A DNA stretch of 64,000 nucleotides from an uncultured virus (IMG/VR IMGVR_UViG_3300031840_000567) (Duplodnaviria > Heunggongvirae > Uroviricota > Caudoviricetes), in IMG/VR virus record IMGVR_UViG_3300031840_000567; one strand, given 5' to 3'. The notes beneath the pieces were generated by a model. That model did not search any database. It had not been told where the DNA came from and was given only the letters and a program-made list of their open reading frames with translations. This document shows positions 47,476 through 56,358 of this stretch, one piece after another (within the stretch, counting starts at the first letter, position 1; every line of letters begins with the position of its first letter). The translations under genes were made by a program, and so were the position numbers.

Positions 47476-48940
47476 GCTTTTCCCTCAGGTTGATAGTTAC
47501 CATATCATAATTAAATTTTTCTTCTTTGTAAATTTTAATTCTTTCGATGAGATGGTTTAATGTGTAATTTCTTTTTGAACGAAAAGTACAATCATCAGCA
47601 ATATCATAAAGTGTTGCGCTAAATTTGTTAGTACCTTTTCTAAGCACTCTACCAATTGATTGTAAATTTCTAATTCTTGATTTAGATGGAGATGCAAATA
47701 TTACATTGTGTAGATTTTTAATATTAATTCCAGTGGAAAAAGTTCCGTAAGAAGCAACAATAATTGAGTTGGTTTCAGTTTCAATAATGGAACGGGCTAG
47801 CTCTCTATCCTCAACATCTACTCCACCATGAATAAAGAAGACTTTTCGATTTTCTTCTATGTTTTTATTTATCATATCAAAAAGAACCCTCCCATGATCT
47901 TCAACTCTTGCAAAGAGCACTAGAGTATTTCCTTTTAAGTCTAAGCTTAAATTTTTAATAAATTTATTTCTTTTGTCGTGAGAAATTAAATAATCAATTT
48001 CTTCCAAGTATGAATCAAATACTCTCTCATCATGTTTTAATAAAAGAATTTTTGCATTTAGTTTTGCAAGATACCCTTTATTCATTAACTCTTCTGTACG
48101 AACCAATTTATATGATGGTCCAAACAATCCTTCTAATACCCATTTGTGAGTTTGTGTTCCATCTAGTGTGCCAGTAAAACCAAAACGATATTTTGCTTGA
48201 TGTAACTTAGTCATAATACTAGTAAGAGACTTTGCCTTAAACAAATGAGCCTCATCGCCAATCACGACATTAAATCGTTCAAAATAACTTTTCTCCAACT
48301 TATAGATAGATTGCCAGGTTGTTATTACGACAGGTGATTTTGCCTCTCGTTCCTTACCTGCATAAATTTTTTGACAATATGAAGAAGCATCCCATCCATA
48401 CTCCTCAAAGTCCTTATGCATCTGCTCTACCAGAGATGTCGTTGGAACAACTAGGAGGATATTTTGTTTGCGCTCTGTATAGTACCTCACGATTGAGTAA
48501 ATCATCAAAGATTTGCCGGAGGCTGTGGGGCTTATCACTAACCTTCTATTGTGTCTTAGAGCATCGAATACTCCCTCTACTTGATAATCACGAGGCTGAC
48601 GATTACAAATAGTCAGCATATAATCTTTGGTTCCTTCTTTAGAGATAAATTCATTCTCTTCATAAGGTGTGCCATAGAATTTATTATCGCAAAATTCATA
48701 TTCATATCCTTGTCTTTTACAAAAGGATATCAACTTATCTAATAACCCAACATACAACTCTCTAGTATGTGTTGAGAATAATCTAATCTTTCCATCCCAG
48801 TATCTTTTGCGATACTGATTCATGTACTTAGCACCCTCAATATCAAATGAAAAGTGGTCAGATAATTCTTGGTATACATGAGGCTCGGATTCAATCTTTA
48901 AAAAGACTTCATTCTTTTTGGACATGACTAACTTAGTCAT
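47465..48940 (-). CDS. uvsW: SF2 DNA helicase
   Basis: SPTASGKS, DEAH, TGT, QSIGRVLR. Confidence 0.96.
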   Translation of the reverse strand: MTKLVMSKKNEVFLKIESEPHVYQELSDHFSFDIEGAKYMNQYRKRYWDGKIRLFSTHTRELYVGLLDKLISFCKRQGYEYEFCDNKFYGTPYEENEFISKEGTKDYMLTICNRQPRDYQVEGVFDALRHNRRLVISPTASGKSLMIYSIVRYYTERKQNILLVVPTTSLVEQMHKDFEEYGWDASSYCQKIYAGKEREAKSPVVITTWQSIYKLEKSYFERFNVVIGDEAHLFKAKSLTSIMTKLHQAKYRFGFTGTLDGTQTHKWVLEGLFGPSYKLVRTEELMNKGYLAKLNAKILLLKHDERVFDSYLEEIDYLISHDKRNKFIKNLSLDLKGNTLVLFARVEDHGRVLFDMINKNIEENRKVFFIHGGVDVEDRELARSIIETETNSIIVASYGTFSTGINIKNLHNVIFASPSKSRIRNLQSIGRVLRKGTNKFSATLYDIADDCTFRSKRNYTLNHLIERIKIYKEEKFNYDMVTINLREKHER

Positions 48941-48942
48941 CG

Positions 48943-49368
48943 TTACCCCGCACGAAAATTGTGCCAATCAATAATATTTTTAATTAGATATCCTCTATTA
49001 CTTACCTGTTTGATAATATCTTCTAGGTATGTCAACATGACATCGTAGTATTTAATTTTTAAAGATGCTGCCTGAACTTTTTCATCAGCTAGCATATATC
49101 TTTGCACTGCATCTTTCTCCCTAACTTTGTAAGGAAAAGGATCGGTCTCATAAACCTTGGGATCTGATTTGCCCGTATAATACAGGTGTCGTTCTAACTT
49201 AATCTTGTTCTCCAAAGTTGTTGCTCTTTCTCTTAACAACTTTATATTGTTGTAGATGTCAAAATATTTTGCATGAAGAGACGGAATCTTCGCTGCTTCA
49301 TCATGTAAATTGTCTTGATCAATCTGTGAGTCTTTCTCCCACATACTTTGTATAGTCTCAAGATCCAT
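48943..49368 (-). CDS. uvsY: Recombination mediator
   Basis: KIPSLHAKY, YYTGK, IKNIIDW; synteny gp3-uvsY-uvsW. Confidence 0.9.
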   Translation of the reverse strand: MDLETIQSMWEKDSQIDQDNLHDEAAKIPSLHAKYFDIYNNIKLLRERATTLENKIKLERHLYYTGKSDPKVYETDPFPYKVREKDAVQRYMLADEKVQAASLKIKYYDVMLTYLEDIIKQVSNRGYLIKNIIDWHNFRAG

Positions 49369-49371
49369 AAG

Positions 49372-49902
49372 TTAAGTTGCAGCCTCAATAGTGTAGAACA
49401 GATACTTAAATGTCACTGTTGCTGTAAAGTATGTATAATCGGTTTCGGTGGCAGTAAATTCGAGAGAACTCAGTGATACTGGAAACAAATCTCTAAACTT
49501 AACCCTAGCACTTACATTGAAATTACTATTCAAAATAGCCAGAGTTCCGTCACTAAATTGTTCTTTAACATCTTTAGATCCATCTGCAGATGTAATTAAA
49601 GTTTTAAACTCATCTACACTCTCAGGATATCCAAGACCATAGATCCAGTTATGAATCTCTAAATAATTTTCTAGATTCTCGTCTACAATAAATTGAAGTG
49701 TTAGATCTTCAAACTGAATGTTGTCTCCAGGAAGATCAATAGCTTTCAGATAATTACCAACTTTTACATTTCCCAATTGGATACCAGGAATTCTTGCACT
49801 GTTGGAGAAAAAATCTACCTTTGGTGTCTTGACAATGTTAAATTTAAATCCCGTAGGTGACAAGTAATTCTTGTTTGTTATCTGCTTGCCGAGGAAGGAC
49901 AT
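49372..49902 (-). CDS. gp3: Tail completion/tube terminator protein
   Basis: NYLSPTGFKF, FIVDENLENY, FPVSLS; CTAAATA at 49912-49918. Confidence 0.88.
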   Translation of the reverse strand: MSFLGKQITNKNYLSPTGFKFNIVKTPKVDFFSNSARIPGIQLGNVKVGNYLKAIDLPGDNIQFEDLTLQFIVDENLENYLEIHNWIYGLGYPESVDEFKTLITSADGSKDVKEQFSDGTLAILNSNFNVSARVKFRDLFPVSLSSLEFTATETDYTYFTATVTFKYLFYTIEAAT

Positions 49903-49918
49903 TTTTATTTTTATTTAG

Positions 49919-49945
49919 ACAAAAAAAGAGACCCTTTCGGGTCTC
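49919..49945 (-). terminator. Intrinsic terminator GAGACCC-GAAA-GGGTCTC-T7
   Basis: Identical 27-mer also at 50265-50291. Confidence 0.88.
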
Positions 49946-49975
49946 TCACTTCCTTCACACGGACATTATATTATA

Positions 49976-50152
49976 TCACATAAGAACTTCCTTGCAAATT
50001 CTTTTGCATTCTGGAGCCCTTAGTGAGCTGCATTCAATTAAACACTCATAATAATCATTCAATCTTTCTTGTTCCTCTACTGCGAAATCGTCAACTGGGG
50101 TTTCTGCAATTTTCCACTCATTAAGTTGAGCCATTGATAATAGATTGTGCAT
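49976..50152 (-). CDS. Small twin-CX3C protein
   Basis: MHNLLS...YYECLIEC....ECKRIC; own CTAAATA at 50220-50226 (ORF track start 50161). Confidence 0.7.
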   Translation of the reverse strand: MHNLLSMAQLNEWKIAETPVDDFAVEEQERLNDYYECLIECSSLRAPECKRICKEVLM

Positions 50153-50264
50153 TTGAATCACCTTAGTTATTGAATATAATATAGAGATCTCAGATCATGG
50201 TAGTAGTCAATTCTGTTACTATTTAGTCAGCGTATGCTAACTTAATGAAGTAAATTAAATATGC

Positions 50265-50291
50265 ACAAAAAAAGAGACCCTTTCGGGTCTC
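50265..50291 (-). terminator. Intrinsic terminator of gp23
   Basis: GAGACCC-GAAA-GGGTCTC-T7. Confidence 0.9.
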
Positions 50292-50315
50292 AGTGTTAAG
50301 TATGTGAGATATAAA

Positions 50316-51761
50316 TCACATGAGGTTCTTAACAACAGTACGCTGGTAGTAGCGGTTGCTGTTAGAGGTGATACGACCCAAACCTTGAGTGGTGCCTTCA
50401 GCGTAAGGGTTGGAGACAAGACCATAACGGGTCTTGAAGCCAATTTTGGGCTGGAAGCTGTTCTCACCAACGGCGCGAACCATCTGGAGGGGAACATAAG
50501 GACAGTAGAAGAGACCAGCATCATAAGGGCTAGTACCCTTATAACCAACAACATAGTACTGGTTAGCGGCAGAGTTAGCAGCGAAGGGGTCGATGTAGAC
50601 TCTGTACTTACCGTTGATAGTACCAGCGAAGGTGTTGCCGGTGTCGTCAACCTGAAGGTTAGCGTTAAGAGCAGGGGTGTAATCAAGTACACCAGCCATC
50701 GTCAGAGCGGAAGCAACATCAGCAGATGTCATGATGATGTTACCCTTCCCTCTACGAGTTCTTTGGGCGATTCTGTTAGCATCTCTTTCGATGTTAAACA
50801 GAAGACCTTTGAACTTCTCAACTGACCAACGACCGTTGGAGTCAACATCGAGGTCAAAGAAACCAGCGTTGGCAACATTTGCCTGTGAACCAGCTTCAGC
50901 AGTCTTATAGATGGTACGAATAACTTCGCGGTTGATTTCAGCAAGGATTTCGCTAGACAGGATGTTAGCGAGTTCTGCTTCAGCGTTAAGACCGTGGATA
51001 GCACGAAGGTCTTGTGCCAATTCCATGCTGTACTCTGCTTTCAGAGCACGGGACTTAGCGGTGACCGTGACTTTCTCGATCGAGAATGCCATCTCGTTGA
51101 AATCGCCATTGCTGCCGTCTCCGAGTGCCTCAGAGTCGCCAGTTGCCATACCTTGACCCAGTGAATACTGAGCTTGTACAGCGTCGGAAGCAGTGCCTTC
51201 CAGGATAGCGGGGTTAGTACCACGCTGAGTACCAGTAGAACCGAAACCAACGGTGCCGTCGTCATCGGTAGCAGCGGTGTAATCACCTTGGGTTGCTTGA
51301 CCGATGTTGGTGCCTGCCTTGTTCGCAGAGAATGCGGAATCGGGCTCGTCGAAGAACGACTCAGTACCAGCTTGATTGGTGTAGCGTGAACGCATTGCGA
51401 AGATCAGTCCGGTAGGACCGTTCATCGGCTGAACGCCAGCGAGTTCATAAGCAACCAGATTCGGCATCGAGCGGCGAATCAGGCTGATCAGAACGGGATC
51501 GAAACCGGCGGTAGGACCAGCAGCAGCAGAACCGCCACTGAAAGCACCAGAAGCACCTACAGCGTTGCCGCTGTTAGTAGGAGCAGCTTCTGAGAGCATA
51601 CCGTTGCCGCTTTCAAAAGCAGATTGCTCTTTGAGGAAACGCTCTTGGTTCTCAAGGAGAACAGCAGTTGTAGCACGGCGATGTGAGTCCTTAATAGGAT
51701 CAACTCCATCGGCGTCGAGAAGTGGACCCCACTTCTCCATTAATGATTCTTGATTGTACAT
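50316..51761 (-). CDS. gp23: Major capsid protein
   Basis: LIRRSMPNL, GVQPMNGPTGLIFAMR, KSRALKAEYS, QPKIGFKTRYG. Confidence 0.98.
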   Translation of the reverse strand: MYNQESLMEKWGPLLDADGVDPIKDSHRRATTAVLLENQERFLKEQSAFESGNGMLSEAAPTNSGNAVGASGAFSGGSAAAGPTAGFDPVLISLIRRSMPNLVAYELAGVQPMNGPTGLIFAMRSRYTNQAGTESFFDEPDSAFSANKAGTNIGQATQGDYTAATDDDGTVGFGSTGTQRGTNPAILEGTASDAVQAQYSLGQGMATGDSEALGDGSNGDFNEMAFSIEKVTVTAKSRALKAEYSMELAQDLRAIHGLNAEAELANILSSEILAEINREVIRTIYKTAEAGSQANVANAGFFDLDVDSNGRWSVEKFKGLLFNIERDANRIAQRTRRGKGNIIMTSADVASALTMAGVLDYTPALNANLQVDDTGNTFAGTINGKYRVYIDPFAANSAANQYYVVGYKGTSPYDAGLFYCPYVPLQMVRAVGENSFQPKIGFKTRYGLVSNPYAEGTTQGLGRITSNSNRYYQRTVVKNLM

Positions 51762-51791
51762 TAGTTTTAGTGTTTAAATTTGCGGAGTTTT

Positions 51792-52838
51792 TTACTTCAT
51801 CCCAAGGGCTTTCAAGTACTGGGTCATTGAAGCAGATGCCTCAACACCAGTCTCTGAGGTTACGCCCTCAGAAAGTGTTTCCACTTTGTTAGAAGAAAGT
51901 TTTTGCTCACTGGGGAAATAAGATTCCTTCAGTGTAACCAGCTTCTCACGATAAGATTCTTCACCCTCAAACTCAACACCTTCAGACAATGCGACTAATT
52001 TCTCTCTTTGTGTTACAGCAAGACCCTCGGTTACTTCACGGAAAATTCCATCAGCTGTAGATTCGCCAAGGCGCTTGTTAAGAGAAATGTTAGCTTCGAT
52101 CTGTTCGTTAAGTCTGCCTTCCATTTCATCAAGTTTGGAGACCATACTCTCCAGGACATCGTATTTGTCGTCAGCAATTGTTACATAATGATCTTCAAAT
52201 AGACCCTTCATTCCAGAAAGGAATGATTCAGTCATTTCGGTCTTAAGACCGTGCTCTACTTCGATCTTGTTCTCGGAGATCCACTCTTCTGAAACATACT
52301 CAAGGTATGCATCAACGCGCTCTACAAGTTCAGACTTTACAGTCTCAAGATGTTCAGTAAGTTGCTCTTCGTATTGTGCAGCCATCTCTTCTTGGACTTC
52401 AGTTACTTTAGCAGTAACTACAGCCTCAAAGATTGTGCGAGCTTTTAATTGAAATTCTTCGGAAAGTTCTTCGCCACCAAAAAGGGCAGAAAGATCTTCT
52501 TCGATATCAACAGAAGGAGTTACCTCCTCTTGCGTGGTCTCATCTTCAGCTACAACTTCTTGCTCGCCTTCTGCTTCGACGGTATCGCCAGCAGAAAGAC
52601 TTTGCATCGGTTCAGCAGCTTTAGCGCCACGATTTACGACATCTTTGACAGTTTTAACTTTGGGTTCTGCGAGTTTCGCGGAATCATCGTCGGCTTTGTA
52701 GTTCTCGGGGGTAGGCCCACCAAGATCTTGAACAGCAGCCAAACCAGTTCCAGGATCAGAAAGCTTAGGCATAGCCTCAGCTCCTTTCGCACCCCTTGTT
52801 ACGGGATTTTCCATTTCTTGTAATTCCTTAGCGGACAT
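51792..52838 (-). CDS. gp22: Prohead core scaffolding protein
   Basis: Acidic coiled coil, LSEEF..KARTIFEA, VDAYLEYV; TATAAATA at 52880-52887. Confidence 0.93.
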   Translation of the reverse strand: MSAKELQEMENPVTRGAKGAEAMPKLSDPGTGLAAVQDLGGPTPENYKADDDSAKLAEPKVKTVKDVVNRGAKAAEPMQSLSAGDTVEAEGEQEVVAEDETTQEEVTPSVDIEEDLSALFGGEELSEEFQLKARTIFEAVVTAKVTEVQEEMAAQYEEQLTEHLETVKSELVERVDAYLEYVSEEWISENKIEVEHGLKTEMTESFLSGMKGLFEDHYVTIADDKYDVLESMVSKLDEMEGRLNEQIEANISLNKRLGESTADGIFREVTEGLAVTQREKLVALSEGVEFEGEESYREKLVTLKESYFPSEQKLSSNKVETLSEGVTSETGVEASASMTQYLKALGMK

Positions 52839-52889
52839 TGGTGAACTCTCCGATTATAATCGTTGATATAATCTATATTTATTTATAAA

Positions 52890-53540
52890 TTAGAGACTTG
52901 ACAGGAAATTATTGAACAGTGCCAACTTGTTTTCTTCAAGTGCTTTTTGATCGACCAAGGTATTAATTTGCTTGTAGGTCTTCTCTACAAGCCTTTCTCT
53001 GACGATTCCACCATCCATTACCCAGTCTTTTCCTTCCATAATTCCTGATACAAATGCATCAGGTGCGGATGGATCTGCTACAATATCTGCAGCAGTTGCA
53101 AGCATAAAATCGTTTGAGACGACTTTAATACCATTCTCATTTACCGCTAAAGTTCCAAGTCCACGGGAAGAAACACCCAACTTTACACCTTCATCGATAA
53201 GATTTTGTGCGATCTTACCCATGGGGGTATTGAGAATTTTAGCTTTACCTATAAAATTAGTTCCCTCTTCTCTGAGAGATGTAATTTTATGAGATACTCG
53301 ATCCAGGTTGAGAGTAGGTCCTTCGGGATGACCGAGTTCACCAAGAGCTCTGCCTTTGCTGACAAAACTTTCGTTGTAACGACATACTTCTCTGCGAAGA
53401 GTATCCATAGGATACATCCGACCATTTCGGTTCTGAATGTCTCCCTGAAGGAATACTCCTTCGATGAACATAGATTTCTTACCGTTGCGTTCTTCAACGA
53501 TAAGTTCGACCTGTTCGATTTCTTCCGTGATCAGTTTCAT
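52890..53540 (-). CDS. gp21: Prohead protease
   Basis: NRNGRMY, GELGHP, GVSSRG, DIVADPSAPDA. Confidence 0.96.
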   Translation of the reverse strand: MKLITEEIEQVELIVEERNGKKSMFIEGVFLQGDIQNRNGRMYPMDTLRREVCRYNESFVSKGRALGELGHPEGPTLNLDRVSHKITSLREEGTNFIGKAKILNTPMGKIAQNLIDEGVKLGVSSRGLGTLAVNENGIKVVSNDFMLATAADIVADPSAPDAFVSGIMEGKDWVMDGGIVRERLVEKTYKQINTLVDQKALEENKLALFNNFLSSL

Positions 53541-53544
53541 TTGA

Positions 53545-53811
53545 TTACCCTGTGAATCCTACTTTAGCTACTTTAAGTGCTCCTCCAATGCCATAGATAA
53601 TATCAGAGGCTTTCTTTTCGATCAATTCAGATGTATTGTTAAGCATGGTAATAGAACCAATGCCAGAAAAAGAAGAATCCTGAACATGAAGAACAACGGT
53701 ACTACCAGAGTCATTTAATACTCTGACAACAGTAGCGTTACCTACGGAAGTACTATTACCAATACCAGCTGCCAGCGGAGTTTCCGCAGCAAGGATTAAA
53801 GTTCTTGCCAT
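53545..53811 (-). CDS. Conserved small hypothetical protein
   Basis: 88 aa, between gp20 and gp21. Confidence 0.7.
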   Translation of the reverse strand: MARTLILAAETPLAAGIGNSTSVGNATVVRVLNDSGSTVVLHVQDSSFSGIGSITMLNNTSELIEKKASDIIYGIGGALKVAKVGFTG

Positions 53812-53978
53812 TATTCTTCCTCAGTTTCTTGTGATGGTTCACCAAACAAACTAGCTGCAGTTGGTTGACGCAAAGCATCTACTTTAGAAGCAGCTTTTTG
53901 GTAAAGGAGATCTTTAATTTGGTCGCTAATATTCACAGCAGACGAATCCGTCGCAATCATATTTACTAGCTCTTCCAT
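53811..53978 (-). CDS. Small conserved prohead-core-region protein (55 aa, not in the ORF track)
   Basis: MEELVNMIATDSSAVNISDQIKDLLYQKA...SLFG; late promoter-like ATAAATA at 54002-54008; TAATG overlap. Confidence 0.75.
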   Translation of the reverse strand: MEELVNMIATDSSAVNISDQIKDLLYQKAASKVDALRQPTAASLFGEPSQETEEE

Positions 53979-54007
53979 GGATATAAGTCAGATATATAAC
54001 TTATTTA

Positions 54008-55666
54008 TCAGATTTCCCCTTCTGATGCTTTTGGTAATTGGGGTTGTGGAGCTTGACCTGGCAATGCATTGGGATCTTCTTGCCCTTGCAGCATTGGGTC
54101 TCCTGCTTCCATCTCAAGCATTTGTTGATTTGGATCTGGGAGAACCCCAGACGCAATTTCCTCTTCAATTTGTTGATCAATCTCAACAATTTCTTGATCT
54201 CTTTGACGCAGAACTTGACGACGGATGTACTCCGTGGAGTAATAGCGACCAGCATAAGGTTCAATCATTGCAAGAAGTCCAAGACGGCCTTCAAGTAATT
54301 CTTTGTCCTTAAGCTCTGCAAAGTGATTATCATATAAGAAGTCAAACTGAATGTGCTCAGACATCACTTCCCAATCTGAGGGAGTAACAATATTCTTAAG
54401 AAGCAATTGTGTCTTGAGCATATCCATAAACATTGCACTAAAACGCTTACGGAGACGACCAACAAACTTAGAGAACTTCAGTTCATCTCTTAAAATTTCA
54501 GAAGAACGACCTAGATTGAAACCGTCACCAGAACCAGCGATTCTAGATTCAGGCACACCTAAAGATCTATAGAGTTTGGATTGGAAGTATTCAATATCAG
54601 CAAGTTCGCCAAGATTTTGACCACCAGGAAGTGTGGTAATTTCTGTGCCACGACCACCCTCACGGCGAGGAAGCCAGAAGTCTTCCAGCATACTCATCAT
54701 TTTTTTGTCGTCACGAATCTCACCGCTGTTGGAATCATACACCAACTTATTACGGTAGCGCATCATTACTTCACGGAGGTATTGCTCTGCTTTTACCTTA
54801 GGAAGATTGCCAACATCAATGTAGAAAATACGGCGCTCTGGTGCGCGTGACAATCTATAGATGACAAGAGAATCTTCAATCATTCTAAGTTGATTGAGAG
54901 ACTTGATTGCCTTATGAAGATAAGAAAGTCCTGATCCTTTGTTTCTATCTACAAGACCAGAAGTGCAATATGTAATTGCATCTTTTGTGATCTTTACTCC
55001 CTTCATTGCGGTGCTTCCGCCAGGAGTTGCAATATTTGTTGGGTACTGAGGTTTGGGAGTATACATGAAATACTCTTCAATCTCAGGGAAGGCTACTCTT
55101 TGCTCTTCTCTTTCGCCTCTACTTGTAAAAATATCATTTCTATCATTTGGTCCTTTCTTCTCTTTACGAACATAGCGCATTTTGAGAGGATCAATATATC
55201 TAAGCTCTTGAATACCTTCTTGTGGATTTTGAATGTCAATTACTTTATTATAGTATAGTCTACCATCAACATACCAATTTCTAAAAATCTCATGAGACTT
55301 GAGATCAAAGTCTAAAAGATCTTTAATGTGCTTAAATTCTTTGCGGATAATATTTTTAATACCATCACTCGCATTAAGATTTTCTAGATCAATCTCTACC
55401 GGAGAATCATTTTGATCTGAAACAATAGCTTCATTTACAACATCTTCGATTGCATTATCCACCTCTGGGTGGAGAGACATCTCTCTATATCTTCTAATCA
55501 GTTCATGTTCTGATTTGTAGATTCCTTCAATATCTACAACTTGACTAGAAAAACCCCCTTGGATATAGTAATCAGCCCCACCCTCACCTGTAGTGGGAAT
55601 GGGACTGACTACACCCTTGGGGGTCTTTTCATTATCTTCAATAGAAAATCCGAAGAGTTTCGACAT
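54008..55666 (-). CDS. gp20: Portal vertex protein
   Basis: WYVDGR, IYRLSRAPERRIFYIDVGN, EDFWLPRREGGRGTEI. Confidence 0.98.
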   Translation of the reverse strand: MSKLFGFSIEDNEKTPKGVVSPIPTTGEGGADYYIQGGFSSQVVDIEGIYKSEHELIRRYREMSLHPEVDNAIEDVVNEAIVSDQNDSPVEIDLENLNASDGIKNIIRKEFKHIKDLLDFDLKSHEIFRNWYVDGRLYYNKVIDIQNPQEGIQELRYIDPLKMRYVRKEKKGPNDRNDIFTSRGEREEQRVAFPEIEEYFMYTPKPQYPTNIATPGGSTAMKGVKITKDAITYCTSGLVDRNKGSGLSYLHKAIKSLNQLRMIEDSLVIYRLSRAPERRIFYIDVGNLPKVKAEQYLREVMMRYRNKLVYDSNSGEIRDDKKMMSMLEDFWLPRREGGRGTEITTLPGGQNLGELADIEYFQSKLYRSLGVPESRIAGSGDGFNLGRSSEILRDELKFSKFVGRLRKRFSAMFMDMLKTQLLLKNIVTPSDWEVMSEHIQFDFLYDNHFAELKDKELLEGRLGLLAMIEPYAGRYYSTEYIRRQVLRQRDQEIVEIDQQIEEEIASGVLPDPNQQMLEMEAGDPMLQGQEDPNALPGQAPQPQLPKASEGEI

Positions 55667-55702
55667 TTTAAATATTTTGTCTTTGATATCAAAGACTATT
55701 TA

Positions 55703-56323
55703 TCAAGCGACATCTCCACCATTTCCGGCAGATTCCCACCACTGTACTTGAAGAGTAACTGTGAACTCTTCAACAGCGTCTGCAGAATCGTAAGATAGGT
55801 CTAACTGTGAGATGTTTGTTGGGAATACGCTATAGAACTTATAAGTTCTAAGAACAGGAAGATTTGCGTCAGATTCCTGAGAATTAGGTGCAACCGCAGA
55901 TCTGCCTAATTGATAAACATAAGCATCTTTGGTATAGCTTTCAGGATTAGTAGTACCCGAATTATCAGATACTTTCGACATGGAATTCATCCATCTCTCA
56001 AAAGAAGAGCGGATTGCAAAGTCCGTATCGTTAATAACAGTAATAGTCCATTCGTCAAAGGTTCTGTCGCCAGCGATCTTAAGAGTACGACCTCTAAAAG
56101 GAACACTAATTGGTGCAATGTTTGACGCAGGAAGAGCAGCTGCCTTCACAAGAAATCTTGCTTTTGCATCAAGATCATTTACTGAGGAATCTACTACTCC
56201 GTCTGGAAATGCCAAGACCACCTCAAAGAGGTTAGGTCTTGCAATACCACCAGACAGTCTTGACTTAAACTTGTCAATTGTCCTGTCTGAAGTCTTTGGG
56301 GGATTTTGTTGGTTGATAGCCAT
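55703..56323 (-). CDS. gp19: Tail tube protein
   Basis: ARPNLFEV, FRGR.LKIAGDR.F, EEFTVT. Confidence 0.95.
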   Translation of the reverse strand: MAINQQNPPKTSDRTIDKFKSRLSGGIARPNLFEVVLAFPDGVVDSSVNDLDAKARFLVKAAALPASNIAPISVPFRGRTLKIAGDRTFDEWTITVINDTDFAIRSSFERWMNSMSKVSDNSGTTNPESYTKDAYVYQLGRSAVAPNSQESDANLPVLRTYKFYSVFPTNISQLDLSYDSADAVEEFTVTLQVQWWESAGNGGDVA

Positions 56324-56358
56324 TGTTTGGGTTCTCCTATGAGTTTATTATAAGGCGA

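Noticed and set aside
49976..50161. Small Cys protein as CP12
   Set aside because: It lacks the AWD-VEEL core and the C-x8-C spacing of CP12.
50255..54264. Alternative-frame minus-strand ORFs inside gp23, gp21 and gp20
   Set aside because: They are nested almost entirely in conserved structural genes, with no independent signals.
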